Assembly: GCA_963752285.1 (NCBI GenBank)
Contig: CAVVXN010000004.1
Coordinates: forward strand, 78,918-142,917
Direction: 5' to 3'
Origin: an uncultured Planctomycetota bacterium
Lineage (GTDB): Bacteria > Planctomycetota > PLA2 > JAEUHO01
DNA length: 64,000 nucleotides
Shown here: positions 45,775-54,486 of the stretch, in pieces
Numbering within the stretch: position 1 is the first letter of the stretch
Layout: the number at the start of each line of letters is the position of its first letter
The notes under the pieces: model-generated
Seen by the model: the letters and a program-made list of their open reading frames with translations, nothing else
Database searches by the model: none
What the model was told of the DNA's origin: nothing
Program-made: the position numbers and the translations under genes

Positions 45775-45841
45775 GCCGGGATGGTACCGGAGGCGGCCCG
45801 CGGCGGCCGCATCCGAGGTGGCCGGACCGTACAATCCGCCG
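45775..45841. promoter_or_regulatory. back-to-back -10 elements for leaderless-type ispD and ispF transcripts
   Basis: TACCAT (-, 45781-45786) and TACAAT (+, 45830-45835), each 6 nt from a GTG start. Confidence 0.6.
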
Positions 45842-46345
45842 GTGCGCGTCGGGATCGGCTCCTACCTGCGTCCTCTCGAGCCCGGGCGCGTGCTCGTCCT
45901 GGGCGGCGTGAAGATCGAAGGCGCCTGGGGTTGTCGCGGACCGGGCGACGGCGACGTCCTCCTGCTCGCCGTCACCGACGCGCTCCTCGGCGCCGCGGGC
46001 CTCGGCGACCTCGAGGACCACCTCCCCGAGGAGGCGCGCGAGGTCCCGAGGCCGGGCGTACCCTCCGTCGCGACGCCGAGCGCCGTCCGGCTCGCGGAGG
46101 CGGGCGTCAAGGCGCGTGCCCGAGGGCTCGTCCCGGCGAACGTGGACGCCACCGTGGTCCTCGACCGGCCCGACGTCCGCCCCCACCGCCCGCGCATGGC
46201 TGCGCGGATCGCAGAGGTGCTCGGCGTGGACCCGAGCGCCGTGAACGTGAAGGCGGTCGCGCCGGGCGGCATCGGCGTGCCGGGGCGAGGCGAGGGGATC
46301 CTGGCCCACGCGGTGGTCCTCCTCGAGGACGTGGGGGGCCGGTGA
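45842..46345 (+). CDS. ispF: IspF-like protein lacking catalytic residues
   Basis: LVLGGV.I, DGDV...A.TDALLGAAGLGD, NVDATV, VNVKA, GRGEGI. Confidence 0.85.
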   Translation: MRVGIGSYLRPLEPGRVLVLGGVKIEGAWGCRGPGDGDVLLLAVTDALLGAAGLGDLEDHLPEEAREVPRPGVPSVATPSAVRLAEAGVKARARGLVPANVDATVVLDRPDVRPHRPRMAARIAEVLGVDPSAVNVKAVAPGGIGVPGRGEGILAHAVVLLEDVGGR

Positions 46346-46911
46346 GGGGCGTTCGACGCGCCGCCGTCCTCCTCCTCGCGCCGCTCCTCGGCGCGTGTAC
46401 GACGAACCCCTCGGAGCCGAGCAGCGCCTCGTCCAAGGCCGACACCGTTCGTTCAATGGCCGTGAACGTGCTCACGCTCCGGCAGGGCACGGTGAGCGAC
46501 CTCCGAGACCTCCGCGGGACGGGGCCGTTCCGCCGCTACGACGTGTCACCGGACCACCTGCTTCACGTCGTCGAGACCGCGGCGCACGAGGCGCGCGGCG
46601 CCGGCGGCCACCGCGTCGAGGGGGTCTGGGCCTCCGAGCGGCGCCTGGAGGTCATCGCGAAGGAGCGCGCCCCCGAGGACCAGGCGCGGACGTCCTACGA
46701 CCTGCCCTGGCGCTCCGCGATGGTCGCGACGATCCACCGGGTCCCCGGCGAGCCGGGCGCGAGCCTCCTCGAGGTCCACGCGAAGGACCGCGGGCCGTTC
46801 GACCAGGGCGTGGTGCGGTGGGAGCGGGACCTCCCGCGCTGGATCGACGAGGTCCTCGACCGCGGGCGCCGCGGGGACGACGGCGAGAACGGGGTGCGGC
46901 CGCTGCGGTAG
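46342..46911 (+). CDS. hypothetical lipoprotein
   Basis: Lipobox LLGAC; GTG overlaps ispF stop. Confidence 0.75.
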   Translation: MRGVRRAAVLLLAPLLGACTTNPSEPSSASSKADTVRSMAVNVLTLRQGTVSDLRDLRGTGPFRRYDVSPDHLLHVVETAAHEARGAGGHRVEGVWASERRLEVIAKERAPEDQARTSYDLPWRSAMVATIHRVPGEPGASLLEVHAKDRGPFDQGVVRWERDLPRWIDEVLDRGRRGDDGENGVRPLR

Positions 46912-46930
46912 CGGTGGACCGCGCGGGGCC

Positions 46931-48124
46931 CTACCGCTCGGCGTGGTCGGCGGCCGCCTGCTCGAGGCGCGCGGCGCGCTGCTCCATCAGGCGCTTCTCG
47001 TTCTCCTTCCACCACCGGTGCCACGCGCCGACGTCCTTTCCGAAGTCCTCTCCCGAGAGCTTCGCCATGGCGTTCGCGTACGCCGGGACCTCCAGCGCGT
47101 AGAAGGTCTGCTCGGTCGCGACCACCTTGACGGCCTGGACCGCGCCCTCCTGGAGGGTCCCGACGATCGGGTCGGCGATGAACGAGGTCTGCGCCACCTC
47201 CACGTCGAAGTCCTGGATGTACGAGATCTGCCGGATCGACGCGAAATAGGCCCGCGGGAAGTCGCCGCTCCGCTTCTCCCACTTGACCAGGACGTACCCC
47301 ATGCCGAGCTCGTCGCCGAGGGTCGCGATGGCTTCCGCCGCGTGCGCGCGGACCTCGGCGTATCGACTGTCGAGCGCGCGCCCCAGGGGGTAGATCGTAG
47401 ACGGCGCGCCGATCTCGCGCAGCGCGAGCGCGCACTCGTGGCGCACGTCCGCGTCGGGGTCCTCCACCGCGCGCTTCAGGAGCGCGGGGACGGCCAGCGG
47501 GTCCGCGAGTCGAGCGAGCGTGCGCGCGGCGAACACCCGGAGCGACGCGGGCTTGCACCGGAGGGCCTTGGCGAGGGGCGCGAGTAGGAACCGCGCGTCC
47601 TCGAGGCCGATCTGCCGGGCCGCCTCGCGCACGCGCTCCGGCCGCTCGGACGAGATCATCCCGAGGAGACCCATCACGTGCTCCTCGCCGGCGCGCTGCG
47701 CCGCGGCCTCGCGTTCGGGACGTGTGGCGGCCGCGAACTCCTCGGCCGTCAGCCACCGGCCCGCATGGTGCACGAAGCCCTTCGCGCGCCAGAGGTCGTC
47801 GCCCTCCAGCCACCGCCCGTCCACCTGCTCGAAGCCCAGCGCGCGCCGCGCGGCGGGGTGGTCGGGGTCGGCCTCGATCACCCGGGCGAACGCCTTCTTG
47901 GCGAGATCGTCGAGACCCGCGGCCTGCGCCTCGAGCGCCAGCCGGTACGCGGAAGGCGCGACCTCGGCGTCCGCGACGTCGTCCAGGGCCTGGAGACGCT
48001 GCTCGATCGACGCGCGCGCGGCGGTCGGCGTGTCGGTCGGGGGCGTCGCGTCGCCCGCCAAGGCGACGACGGGGAGGAGGAGGAGGAGCAGGAGCGAGGC
48101 GAGGAGGCAGGCGCGGCGGACCAT
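46931..48124 (-). CDS. exported HEAT-repeat protein
   Basis: Signal peptide, DPDH.AAR.ALG motif, AVPALL...DPDADVR HEAT repeats; GGAGG RBS. Confidence 0.85.
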   Translation of the reverse strand: MVRRACLLASLLLLLLLPVVALAGDATPPTDTPTAARASIEQRLQALDDVADAEVAPSAYRLALEAQAAGLDDLAKKAFARVIEADPDHPAARRALGFEQVDGRWLEGDDLWRAKGFVHHAGRWLTAEEFAAATRPEREAAAQRAGEEHVMGLLGMISSERPERVREAARQIGLEDARFLLAPLAKALRCKPASLRVFAARTLARLADPLAVPALLKRAVEDPDADVRHECALALREIGAPSTIYPLGRALDSRYAEVRAHAAEAIATLGDELGMGYVLVKWEKRSGDFPRAYFASIRQISYIQDFDVEVAQTSFIADPIVGTLQEGAVQAVKVVATEQTFYALEVPAYANAMAKLSGEDFGKDVGAWHRWWKENEKRLMEQRAARLEQAAADHAER

Positions 48125-48225
48125 CTCGAACCTCCGGCGGGGCATCTTCGCCCCGAGGTGAGAACGCGTGCGCGGCGGGGTCGGAATCCGCGCGGACCGT
48201 CCCCCGCCGGGCGGGGCGCGCCGGG

Positions 48226-49056
48226 TCAGTCCTTGAGCGAGAAGTCGCGGCGCGCGGTCCGCCAGGCGCCGAGCGAGAGGGCCACGGCCGCGATCACGAG
48301 CAGCGTCACCACGGACTCGCCGGGGCTGGACGCGGTGACCCCGATCGGCACGAGTTCCACCGACGCCTGGGGGCCGTGCACCACCGGGAGGACGCCCGCC
48401 GTCAGATGGTCGTGGACCGCGCGGACGTGGAACATCACGGAGTACTTCTGCATCGCCCCCGGAACGCTGGAGAGGAGCGTCTCGATCACGAAGGTGTACA
48501 CGAGCCCCGCGATCAACCCGTGCTTGAAGAGCGCGCCGAGCGCGTAGTAGATCGAGCCGAGCGCGAGGCTCGCGAGGACGGCCGTGACGGGGATCGACCA
48601 CGCCGCAGTGCCCGTCGGCGCGACGCCGCTCGCGAGCCACAGGACGAGGAGCACGGCCACCGACACCACCGCGGCGGGGATCCAGCCGGCCAGGAACCGC
48701 ACGACGAAGAACGTCGCCCGGCGGACGGGCCGCGCGAGGACGTAGACCAGCGTCCGCCCGTGGACCTCCATCGCGTACCCCTCGCTCGCCAGGAAGAGCG
48801 CGACGAGGGGGAGCCCGAACGTGAGGATCGCCCGGTCGAGCACGCGGGCGAGCTCGCGGGCCGGGTGGTGCGCGCGCGCGACCTGGCCGCCGAGCAGGAG
48901 CGCGAGCCCGCAGGCGACGCCTCCGAAGATCAGGACGCGGCGCCAGCGCACTACGCGCACCAGGCCCCAGCCGAAGGCCGGCGCGAAGCCCGCGAGCGGA
49001 CCGAAGCGCCGACGACGTTCGGGCAGGAGGTCGGGATGGGCCGGGGCGTCGTTCAT
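48226..49056 (-). CDS. ABC-2 type transporter permease
   Basis: Multiple TMs, TLVYVLARPVRR, C-terminal RRDF. Confidence 0.85.
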   Translation of the reverse strand: MNDAPAHPDLLPERRRRFGPLAGFAPAFGWGLVRVVRWRRVLIFGGVACGLALLLGGQVARAHHPARELARVLDRAILTFGLPLVALFLASEGYAMEVHGRTLVYVLARPVRRATFFVVRFLAGWIPAAVVSVAVLLVLWLASGVAPTGTAAWSIPVTAVLASLALGSIYYALGALFKHGLIAGLVYTFVIETLLSSVPGAMQKYSVMFHVRAVHDHLTAGVLPVVHGPQASVELVPIGVTASSPGESVVTLLVIAAVALSLGAWRTARRDFSLKD

Positions 49057-49973
49057 CGGGTGAGGTAGCGGAAGACCGCCTCCAGGTCCTCGTCCACCGG
49101 CTCGACCGAGGCGAGGGCGAGCCCGCCGTCCTTCGCGGCCTGTGCGAGTCGGTCGAAGAGCCGGTCGGGCTGGGTCGTGCGGCACTCGACCTGGTCGACG
49201 CGGATCTCGATGTGGCGCACACCGTCCGTCTCCGCGAGGAGCGCGGCGAGGCGCCGCGGGGCGCCCGTGCCGACGCGCACCGTGAGCGGCTGGTCGTCGA
49301 GGCCCGCGCGGATCTCGGCGACCGTCCCCTCCGCGAGCACGCGGCCCGCGTGGAGCAGGAGTACGCGGCGCGCGAGGCCTTCGACCTCCGGGAGGATGTG
49401 GCTCGAGACGAGTACGACCTTGCCCTCTCGTCCGAGCTCCGAGATCAGCGAGCCCATGTCGCGTCGGCCGGGCGGATCGAGTCCGTTCAGCGGCTCGTCG
49501 AGGACCAGGACGTCCGGGTCGTGCGCGAGGGCCTGTGCGAGCTTCGCGCGCTGGCGCATGCCCTTCGAGAAGCCGGCCGCGCTCCGGTCGAGCACGTGCC
49601 CCAGCCCGACGCGCTCCAACGCGCGGGTGGCGCGCGCCGCGGCCTCGCGACGCGTGAAGCCCTGCAGGCGCGTCAGATACGTGACGACCGCGAGGATCGG
49701 CACCCCCGCGTAGACCGCATCCTGCTCGGGGCAGAGCCCGAGGCGGCGGAGCACCTCGGGGTTGTCGAAGGGGTCCTCGCCGGCCACGCGAACGCGCCCG
49801 AGGCTGGGCCGGAGCATGCCGGTCACGAGCTTCATGAGCGTGCTCTTGCCCGCCCCGTTGGGCCCGAGGAGCCCGTGCACGCCCGGCTCGAAGGTGGCCG
49901 TCACCTCGTTCAGGCCGAGGACCTCCCCGTACCACTTGCTCGCGGCCTCGAGGCGGATCTCGGGGGCGCTCAC
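49053..49973 (-). CDS. ABC transporter ATP-binding protein
   Basis: GPNGAGKST, FSKGMRQR, LDEPLNGLDP, SSHIL. Confidence 0.95.
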   Translation of the reverse strand: MSAPEIRLEAASKWYGEVLGLNEVTATFEPGVHGLLGPNGAGKSTLMKLVTGMLRPSLGRVRVAGEDPFDNPEVLRRLGLCPEQDAVYAGVPILAVVTYLTRLQGFTRREAAARATRALERVGLGHVLDRSAAGFSKGMRQRAKLAQALAHDPDVLVLDEPLNGLDPPGRRDMGSLISELGREGKVVLVSSHILPEVEGLARRVLLLHAGRVLAEGTVAEIRAGLDDQPLTVRVGTGAPRRLAALLAETDGVRHIEIRVDQVECRTTQPDRLFDRLAQAAKDGGLALASVEPVDEDLEAVFRYLTR

Positions 49974-50896
49974 GAGACGACCTCCACCGAGCGCACGCGG
50001 CTCCAGGCGGTCCAGATCCCGAAGAGGAGGAGGCCGAACGCGGCCACCAGGACCTCGGTTCGTCCGAGGAGCGGCTGCCACAGGAAGGGCGCCGTGTGCT
50101 CGCGCGCGTGCCAGAGGAAGGTCGTGAGCGTGTCGCGCGGGAGGTCGAGGAAGAGGAACACGTCCGCGAGGCCGCCGTGCACGGACCCGCCGGCGGCCAG
50201 CTCGCCGAGCATCACGCCGAGGATCAGAACGGCCGCCGCGGAGATCGTCACCGCGGCGCGACGCGTGCTCCGGGACGAGAGCACCAGGATCAGGCCCGTG
50301 TAGACGGCCGAGGCGACCGCGTAGTGCTCGAAGATGCGGTACAGGACGTCGAGGTGGCCGCCGAGGAAGGGGAGCGTCTCGCCGGGCGGACGCCAGAGGC
50401 CCGTCAGGAGGAAGAGGAACGCCCCGGGGACGAGGATCGCGACCGCGAGGATGCCCGGTACGACGAGCGCCTTCCCCATCACGTAGCCGATCGCGGAGAT
50501 CGGCCGCACGAGGTAGAGCGCGAGCGCGCCGGTCCCGAGGTCGTCGGACACCAGGCCGGATCCGACGAAGACGGCCAGCAGGGCCGTCAACACGGCGACC
50601 CCGGTGAAGAACATCTCGAGCGTGCGGTCCAGGTGCAGCAACGCGACCGCGTCGTCCGTGGGCGCGCTGGAACCCCGCAGGCCGAAGAGCCCACGCTGCA
50701 TCATGCCCGGCGTGGCGACGCTGAGGTACAGCGTCACGCACGCGACGAAGAGCCAGCCGAGATAGAGCACGCCGAGTCGCCGGAACGCGCGACGACGCAG
50801 GGCGATGCCGAGACCCTGGGACGCGATCACGCCCGTCGTCCACGGGCGGCCGAGCGTGCCGCCGAAGCGCCGGTATCCGCGGGCGTGGACCGTCAC
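49970..50896 (-). CDS. ABC-2 type transporter permease
   Basis: Multiple TMs, DDL..GAL.LYLVRPI...YV.GK. Confidence 0.85.
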   Translation of the reverse strand: MTVHARGYRRFGGTLGRPWTTGVIASQGLGIALRRRAFRRLGVLYLGWLFVACVTLYLSVATPGMMQRGLFGLRGSSAPTDDAVALLHLDRTLEMFFTGVAVLTALLAVFVGSGLVSDDLGTGALALYLVRPISAIGYVMGKALVVPGILAVAILVPGAFLFLLTGLWRPPGETLPFLGGHLDVLYRIFEHYAVASAVYTGLILVLSSRSTRRAAVTISAAAVLILGVMLGELAAGGSVHGGLADVFLFLDLPRDTLTTFLWHAREHTAPFLWQPLLGRTEVLVAAFGLLLFGIWTAWSRVRSVEVVS

Positions 50897-51852
50897 GACC
50901 TCCCCTCCGGCCCGGGGGGCGCGAGGAGCTCGTGGAACGCGTGCTCGAGGCTCGCCGCGCTCGGGACCAGGCGGCGCACCCGCGCGTCGGTCTCCGTCGA
51001 GAGACGGAGCACGTCGGCCGGCTGGAGGTCGGGCGGGAGCACGACCTCGACGATCGCGTGCTCGAGGGTGCCCCGAGGGGCGTCGTCCCTCGGCGCCGCG
51101 CGTTCGATGCCGGCGGCGGAGAGACGCCGGAAGAACGCGTCCCGGTCGCCGTCCACCTCGACGAGGCAGCGACCGCGCGCCCGCTCGAGGTCCGCGAGGC
51201 GCAGCGTGCCGCGCGAGCGCCCCTGGTGCAGCACCACCACCTGGTCGGCCACCTTCTGCACCTCGGGCAGGATGTGCGAGGACCACACGACGTGCTTCGC
51301 GTGGTCGTGGGCGAGCGTGGTGACCAGCAGGAGGAGCTCGTCCCGGCCCTGCGGGTCGAGGCCCCCGAGGGGCTCGTCGAGGAAGAGCACCTCGGGATCG
51401 TGCACGATCGCCTGCGCGAGCTTGAACCGCTGCCGCATGCCCGCCGAGTACTCGCGGATCTCGCGGTAGACCGCCTCGCCGAGACCCACGTGCCAGAGGA
51501 CCTCGTGGGCGCGGCGGAGCGACTCCGCGCGCGACAGCCCCGAGAGTCGGCCCAGGTGGCGGACCGCGCGGATCGCGGTCATGTCGGCGATCCACGCGTC
51601 GGCCTCGGGCACGAACCCGACGCGCCGCCGCACCTCGCGCGCGTCGGCGCGCGCGTCGATGCCCAGCACGCGGACCTCGCCGGTGAAGCCCCGCAGGAGT
51701 CCGAGGACACAGAGGAGGAGCGTGGACTTGCCCGCGCCGTTCGGTCCGAGCAGCCCCGTGACGCCCGGGCCCACGTCGAGCGAGACGTCGGAGAGCGCGA
51801 GCACGTGGCCGTACCGCTTGGTGAGGTGTCGGACCTCCACGACGTTCGTCAC
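50893..51852 (-). CDS. ABC transporter ATP-binding protein
   Basis: GPNGAGKST, YSAGMRQR, LDEPLGGLDP, SSHIL. Confidence 0.95.
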   Translation of the reverse strand: MTNVVEVRHLTKRYGHVLALSDVSLDVGPGVTGLLGPNGAGKSTLLLCVLGLLRGFTGEVRVLGIDARADAREVRRRVGFVPEADAWIADMTAIRAVRHLGRLSGLSRAESLRRAHEVLWHVGLGEAVYREIREYSAGMRQRFKLAQAIVHDPEVLFLDEPLGGLDPQGRDELLLLVTTLAHDHAKHVVWSSHILPEVQKVADQVVVLHQGRSRGTLRLADLERARGRCLVEVDGDRDAFFRRLSAAGIERAAPRDDAPRGTLEHAIVEVVLPPDLQPADVLRLSTETDARVRRLVPSAASLEHAFHELLAPPGPEGRS

Positions 51853-52709
51853 GCGCCGTCCCCCGTCGGGGACGCACCCGGCGTCGCCGGCACGCCGAAT
51901 CGCTCCCGGTACGTCTGGAGGATGGCCGCCGCGGTCTCCTCGACCGCGCGGTCGGTGGTGTCGAACACCGTCCACTCGGGGTGGTCGCGGAAGATGCGGC
52001 GCGCCCACGCCAGCTCCTCGCGCACCGCGCGCGGGTCGGCGTACGGGTCGTTGTCGCGCACGCCCAGCGCCTCGACGCGGCGCCGGCGGATGTTGGCCAG
52101 GGTCGCGGGGTCCACGACGAGCGCGAAGACGCGCCGGGGATCGACCTCGTCCAGCTCGTGGGGGGGCGGGATGTCCTTGACGAGGGGGACGTTCGCGACA
52201 CGGTAGCCACGGTGCGCGATGTAGTTCGAGAGCGGCGTCTTGCTGGTCCGGCTCACGCCGACGAGGACGAGGTCGGCCTTGGAGAGGTTCCGCGGCAGGC
52301 GCCCGTCGTCGTTGTGTACGGCGAACTCCACGGCTTCGATCCGGCGGAAGTACGCCTCGTCCGTCTCGTGCCCGAGGCCGGGCACGGCGAGGGGCTTCCG
52401 GTGGAAGTGCCGGGAGAGCTCGAGGATCAGGCCCGAGAGCAGGTCCACCGCGATCACGCCCTGCTTCGGCGCGAGGTCCTTGAGGAGCGCGCGCTGCTTG
52501 GGGTCCACGAGCGTGTAGACGACGATCGCTTCCTCCACCTTCGCCCGGCGCAGGACCGCGCGGAGCGACGCCTCGTCACGGACCCGCCCGAACACGAGCG
52601 TCCGCACGTCGTCGCGGGCGCCGAACTGTGCGAGCGCCGCCCGGATCGCCTGCTCGGCGGTCTCGCCCGTGGAGTCGCTCAAGGCGAAGACGACGCCCGG
52701 CTCGCTCAT
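51849..52709 (-). CDS. ppsR: PPDK/PEP synthase regulatory kinase-pyrophosphorylase (DUF299)
   Basis: LSDSTGETAE, YFRRIEAVEFAV..DDG, GVSRTSKTP, AVEETA. Confidence 0.93.
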   Translation of the reverse strand: MSEPGVVFALSDSTGETAEQAIRAALAQFGARDDVRTLVFGRVRDEASLRAVLRRAKVEEAIVVYTLVDPKQRALLKDLAPKQGVIAVDLLSGLILELSRHFHRKPLAVPGLGHETDEAYFRRIEAVEFAVHNDDGRLPRNLSKADLVLVGVSRTSKTPLSNYIAHRGYRVANVPLVKDIPPPHELDEVDPRRVFALVVDPATLANIRRRRVEALGVRDNDPYADPRAVREELAWARRIFRDHPEWTVFDTTDRAVEETAAAILQTYRERFGVPATPGASPTGDGA

Positions 52710-53140
52710 CCGGCGGGCCTCCCCTGCGGGTCCGCGGGGGTCCCCACCCAGACCGCGCCGTCCTCGAAGTGCTCCTTCTTCCAGATCGGCACGTCCTGCT
52801 TCAGGCGCGCGACGAACTCGTCCACCGCCCGCAGCGCGGCGTGACGGTGCGGCGCGGACGTCGCGACCACGACCGCGGTCTCGCCGAGAGCGAGAGGTCC
52901 GGTCCGATGGACGCACGCGATGGCCGTGAGCCCGTGCCCGCGGGCGACCTCCTCGCCGATCGAGGCGAGGAGGGCCTCCGCCATGGGCGTGTACGCCTCG
53001 TACTCGAGGTGCGTCACCCGCCGGCCCTCCGTCGCGTCCCGGACCGTGCCGTGGAAGACCACGACGGCGCCCGCGCCGGTCGTGGCGACGGCGCGGCGAA
53101 CCTCGTCCGCGTCGATGGGGCCCGGCGTCACCCGGAACAC
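52706..53140 (-). CDS. moaE: molybdopterin synthase catalytic subunit
   Basis: GAVVVF.GTVR, LEYEAY, HR.G.L..GE, PIWKKE. Confidence 0.95.
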   Translation of the reverse strand: MFRVTPGPIDADEVRRAVATTGAGAVVVFHGTVRDATEGRRVTHLEYEAYTPMAEALLASIGEEVARGHGLTAIACVHRTGPLALGETAVVVATSAPHRHAALRAVDEFVARLKQDVPIWKKEHFEDGAVWVGTPADPQGRPAG

Positions 53141-53141
53141 G

Positions 53142-53381
53142 TCAACCTCCGCTCACGGGCGGGATGACGGCCACGACGTCCCCGTCGGCGACCCGCTGCT
53201 CGGGGGGCGCGAAGCGCTCGCCGAGGGCGAGTCGGAGCGAGAGGCCCCCGAGGCCGGGGTGTCGCGACGCGAGCGCCGCGCGGACGTCGGACAGACGCGC
53301 ACCCTCCGGGACCTCGACGGGCTCGGAGGCGCGCCCGGCGATCTCCCGGGCGGCGGCGAAGTAGCGGATCGTGAGGTGCAT
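53142..53381 (-). CDS. moaD: molybdopterin synthase sulfur carrier
   Basis: IRYFAAARE...VAVIPPVSGG C-terminal Gly-Gly. Confidence 0.93.
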   Translation of the reverse strand: MHLTIRYFAAAREIAGRASEPVEVPEGARLSDVRAALASRHPGLGGLSLRLALGERFAPPEQRVADGDVVAVIPPVSGG

Positions 53382-53440
53382 GGGCGTGGGGAGCGTCGTT
53401 CCGATCGGGTCGGGCTCCCGGGAAGACTACCATCGGCGGG

Positions 53441-54442
53441 GTGTCTCCGACCTTCGATCAAGCGATCCGCGAGGTGCGGCAGGAGATCCGCGAGGCGATC
53501 CCCGCGAACGAGCTCCGCCGGCTCCACGGCCGCTCCGGGTTCCGGCACGCGCTCGTCTCCGGCGCCACCTTCGCGGCGCTCCTCGGCTCGGCCGCCCTCG
53601 CCTGGCGGTACGGCGACCGACCGGTCGTGTGGGTACCCGCGAGCGTGGTCCTCGGCTTCGCGGTCTTCGGGATGACCACGCTCCTGCACGAGGTCGTGCA
53701 CGGGCTCGTGACCGACCGGCGGCGCCCGCGACTCGACGCCCTGCTCGCCTGGCTCTACGCCGTGCCGAGCGGTCTCGCGCCGACGCAGTTCCGGCACTGG
53801 CACCTCGACCACCACCACTGGCTCGGTACGTCCGACCTCGACCCGAAGCGGGCGTGGCTCAGCCCGAAGAAGAACCGTCGCTGGCTGAAGCTCCTCTACG
53901 TGACCCCCGCCCTCTTCCCGATCTACTTCCGGGCGGCGGCGCGCGCCGCGGAGGGCTACGCCGACGACGTGCGCCGCCGGATCCGCCGCGAGCGTCGCGT
54001 CACGGTGGGGTTCCACCTCGCCGTGCTCCTCTCGATCGCGCTCGTCGGCGGCCTCGGCGTGGCGTTCCGCGTCTACGTACTCCCGGTCTTCGTCGTGTTC
54101 CCCGTCGCGTTCACCGTGAACCGCCTCGGACAGCACTACGACGTGGACGCGCGTGACCCCGCGCGCTGGGGGACGCTCCTTCGACCGAGCCCGTTCTTCT
54201 GGGACGTCGTCTACCTCTGGTCGGGCTACCACCTCGAGCACCACTACTTCCCGGGCGTCCCCTGCTACCGCCTGCCCGCGCTCCGACGCGCGCTCCGCCC
54301 GTTCCTCGAGGCCCGCCACGTCCCGGCGCGGTCCTACGCGGGTCTCCTCTTCGACTGGTTCGTCCGGAACCGACCGCCGCACGCCGACTGGCGCCCCGTG
54401 GACCGGGGGACGGGCCCCGCCACGGAAGGCGCGCGCGCCTAG
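53441..54442 (+). CDS. membrane fatty acid desaturase-family protein
   Basis: His boxes HEVVH, HLDHH, YHLEHH with TM segments. Confidence 0.92.
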   Translation: MSPTFDQAIREVRQEIREAIPANELRRLHGRSGFRHALVSGATFAALLGSAALAWRYGDRPVVWVPASVVLGFAVFGMTTLLHEVVHGLVTDRRRPRLDALLAWLYAVPSGLAPTQFRHWHLDHHHWLGTSDLDPKRAWLSPKKNRRWLKLLYVTPALFPIYFRAAARAAEGYADDVRRRIRRERRVTVGFHLAVLLSIALVGGLGVAFRVYVLPVFVVFPVAFTVNRLGQHYDVDARDPARWGTLLRPSPFFWDVVYLWSGYHLEHHYFPGVPCYRLPALRRALRPFLEARHVPARSYAGLLFDWFVRNRPPHADWRPVDRGTGPATEGARA

Positions 54443-54486
54443 CCCGGGGGCCGGTGCGGCCCGCGGCGGGCCGCACGCCGGTACCG

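Noticed and set aside
27935-46456. Apparent giant fusion ORFs (1581, 1126, 1205 and 782 aa)
   Set aside because: N-terminal extensions are shadow frames over upstream genes; true starts were assigned downstream
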